Positions 62,846-64,000 of a stretch of DNA of 64,000 nt are shown in pieces; position 1 is the stretch's first letter; the number at the start of each line of letters is the position of its first letter. Below the pieces are notes generated by a model. It was not told where the DNA came from. It made no database searches and saw nothing but the letters and a program-made list of their open reading frames with translations. The translations under genes and the position numbers were made by a program. The stretch is from Eledone cirrhosa (taxonomy: Eukaryota), in contig OZ024757.1 in NCBI GenBank assembly GCA_964016885.1, positions 6,572,001 through 6,636,000 of the forward strand, in the 5' to 3' direction.

Positions 62846-64000
62846 TACAAACCAGGTAGTTATACCAACCCAGTATCTTGATTTTAGTGATATTTTTGTA
62901 ATAAATCTCAACATCTCAGACCTTACTTAGCAAGTGGAGTGGAACTCATCAGATTGGACCAAGGAAACAATGTTTCCATTGGTCTTTCCAATTGATGATA
63001 TTGAATCGGATTAGAAAGAGAGAAAAAAAATAGAGAATATATTTAAGAGCCATTGACCTGCATCTTTGGTCAAGAAGGCCATTGGAGCGTCACTCACAGA
63101 AGCTGATACAGCAGCCAGCTTGACAGCCGATATAGGTAGCACCAACAATTATCACTACCATTAACAAGAGGAAGGCAGCAACAGCAGCGGTGACATTAAC
63201 AACAACAACATATATGTTTATACACCAAAATCTTACCAGCAAACACAACCACTACCATTAACAAGAGGAAGCCAACTCCAGCATCAGTGACAATAACAAC
63301 ACATATGTTTTCAGGATTGAAAGACTCACCTTTAGCCACAAGGTTCTATGAGAAACTGCTAACATGCTCGCATGTGTGCGTGCTGAAGTCTGGGTCTATC
63401 CGCTGGGAACAACCCCCTGTTTTCTTTTTTGTATATTCATCCATTCATTCATTTATTTATTTGCTAACATTCTACCTTCTTGTGTCTCCCCCCTCTCCAT
63501 GCACCCCTTCTTTTCTCTCTTGTCTTCTGATGCCTCCATATCTGATGTAGGTGAGCTATGAGGCCCTCTTATCAGCATTTTCCCTTCCACCCACACAGTT
63601 GTGCCTAGCAACTTGGCTGGTGACAACCAGCCACTCATCCCTGATGCCGCTTCATGCCCCCCCAATCCTCCATCCCCTGCAGTCGACACCTGCAGCACCA
63701 CGAATAGACGGGAGAGGGGCCGGAACTGATGGGGTGCGGCTGCTTCCACCACCTCACCTGTGTTTTCTTGACGCGTCAAACCTCCAGTGCCCTCGCAGCG
63801 TGGAGAAGCTGAAACTGTCTCTTCGCCTTGTCTGCCCAGCCACGGCCGTCTAGCACACCACCAGATGATACAACGAGCTTACCTGACGCCCAAGCCTCGC
63901 TTGGCTCAGGCGGTGCCGAAAGATCCCAGTCAGGATCCCGAGAGCCGATGCCCTCGCTTCCTCTTTTATGGTGATTATTTCATATTAAGGTGGACGTTAA

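Noticed and set aside
62463-62930. H/T/P-rich and C/V/W-rich ORFs
   Set aside because: Translations of a CAC microsatellite.
62925-63000. CTGATGAG on the minus strand next to a GGAAAC/GTTTCC hairpin
   Set aside because: No downstream GAAA or stem II and no stem I pairing, so it is not a complete hammerhead.

Overview
AT-rich animal genomic DNA, most likely a coleoid cephalopod such as Octopus. This is an inference from the tandem C2H2 zinc-finger genes plus the dense RTE/CR1 LINE, tRNA-SINE and microsatellite landscape. The window is part of a C2H2-ZNF cluster: two open ZNF ORFs (20 and 9 fingers), one frameshifted ZNF pseudogene, and two arrays where a finger-coding unit has been amplified as a non-coding 83-bp or 80-bp satellite. 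It also holds an apparently full-length, young Tx1/L1-type LINE with a 21-22 bp target-site duplication in a (TA)n tract, many decayed RTE and CR1 copies, SINEs, MITEs, minisatellites and patchwork inverted duplications. The most notable signal outside the ORF track is a set of hammerhead ribozyme (HHR) motifs of the Penelope-like-element/retrozyme type. Three are complete type I HHRs (33283-33362 -, 48593-48635 +, 55428-55466 +), two are degenerate, and three long fold-back palindromes have their inversion points inside an HHR core. All calls were made by eye; no searches or folding programs were run.
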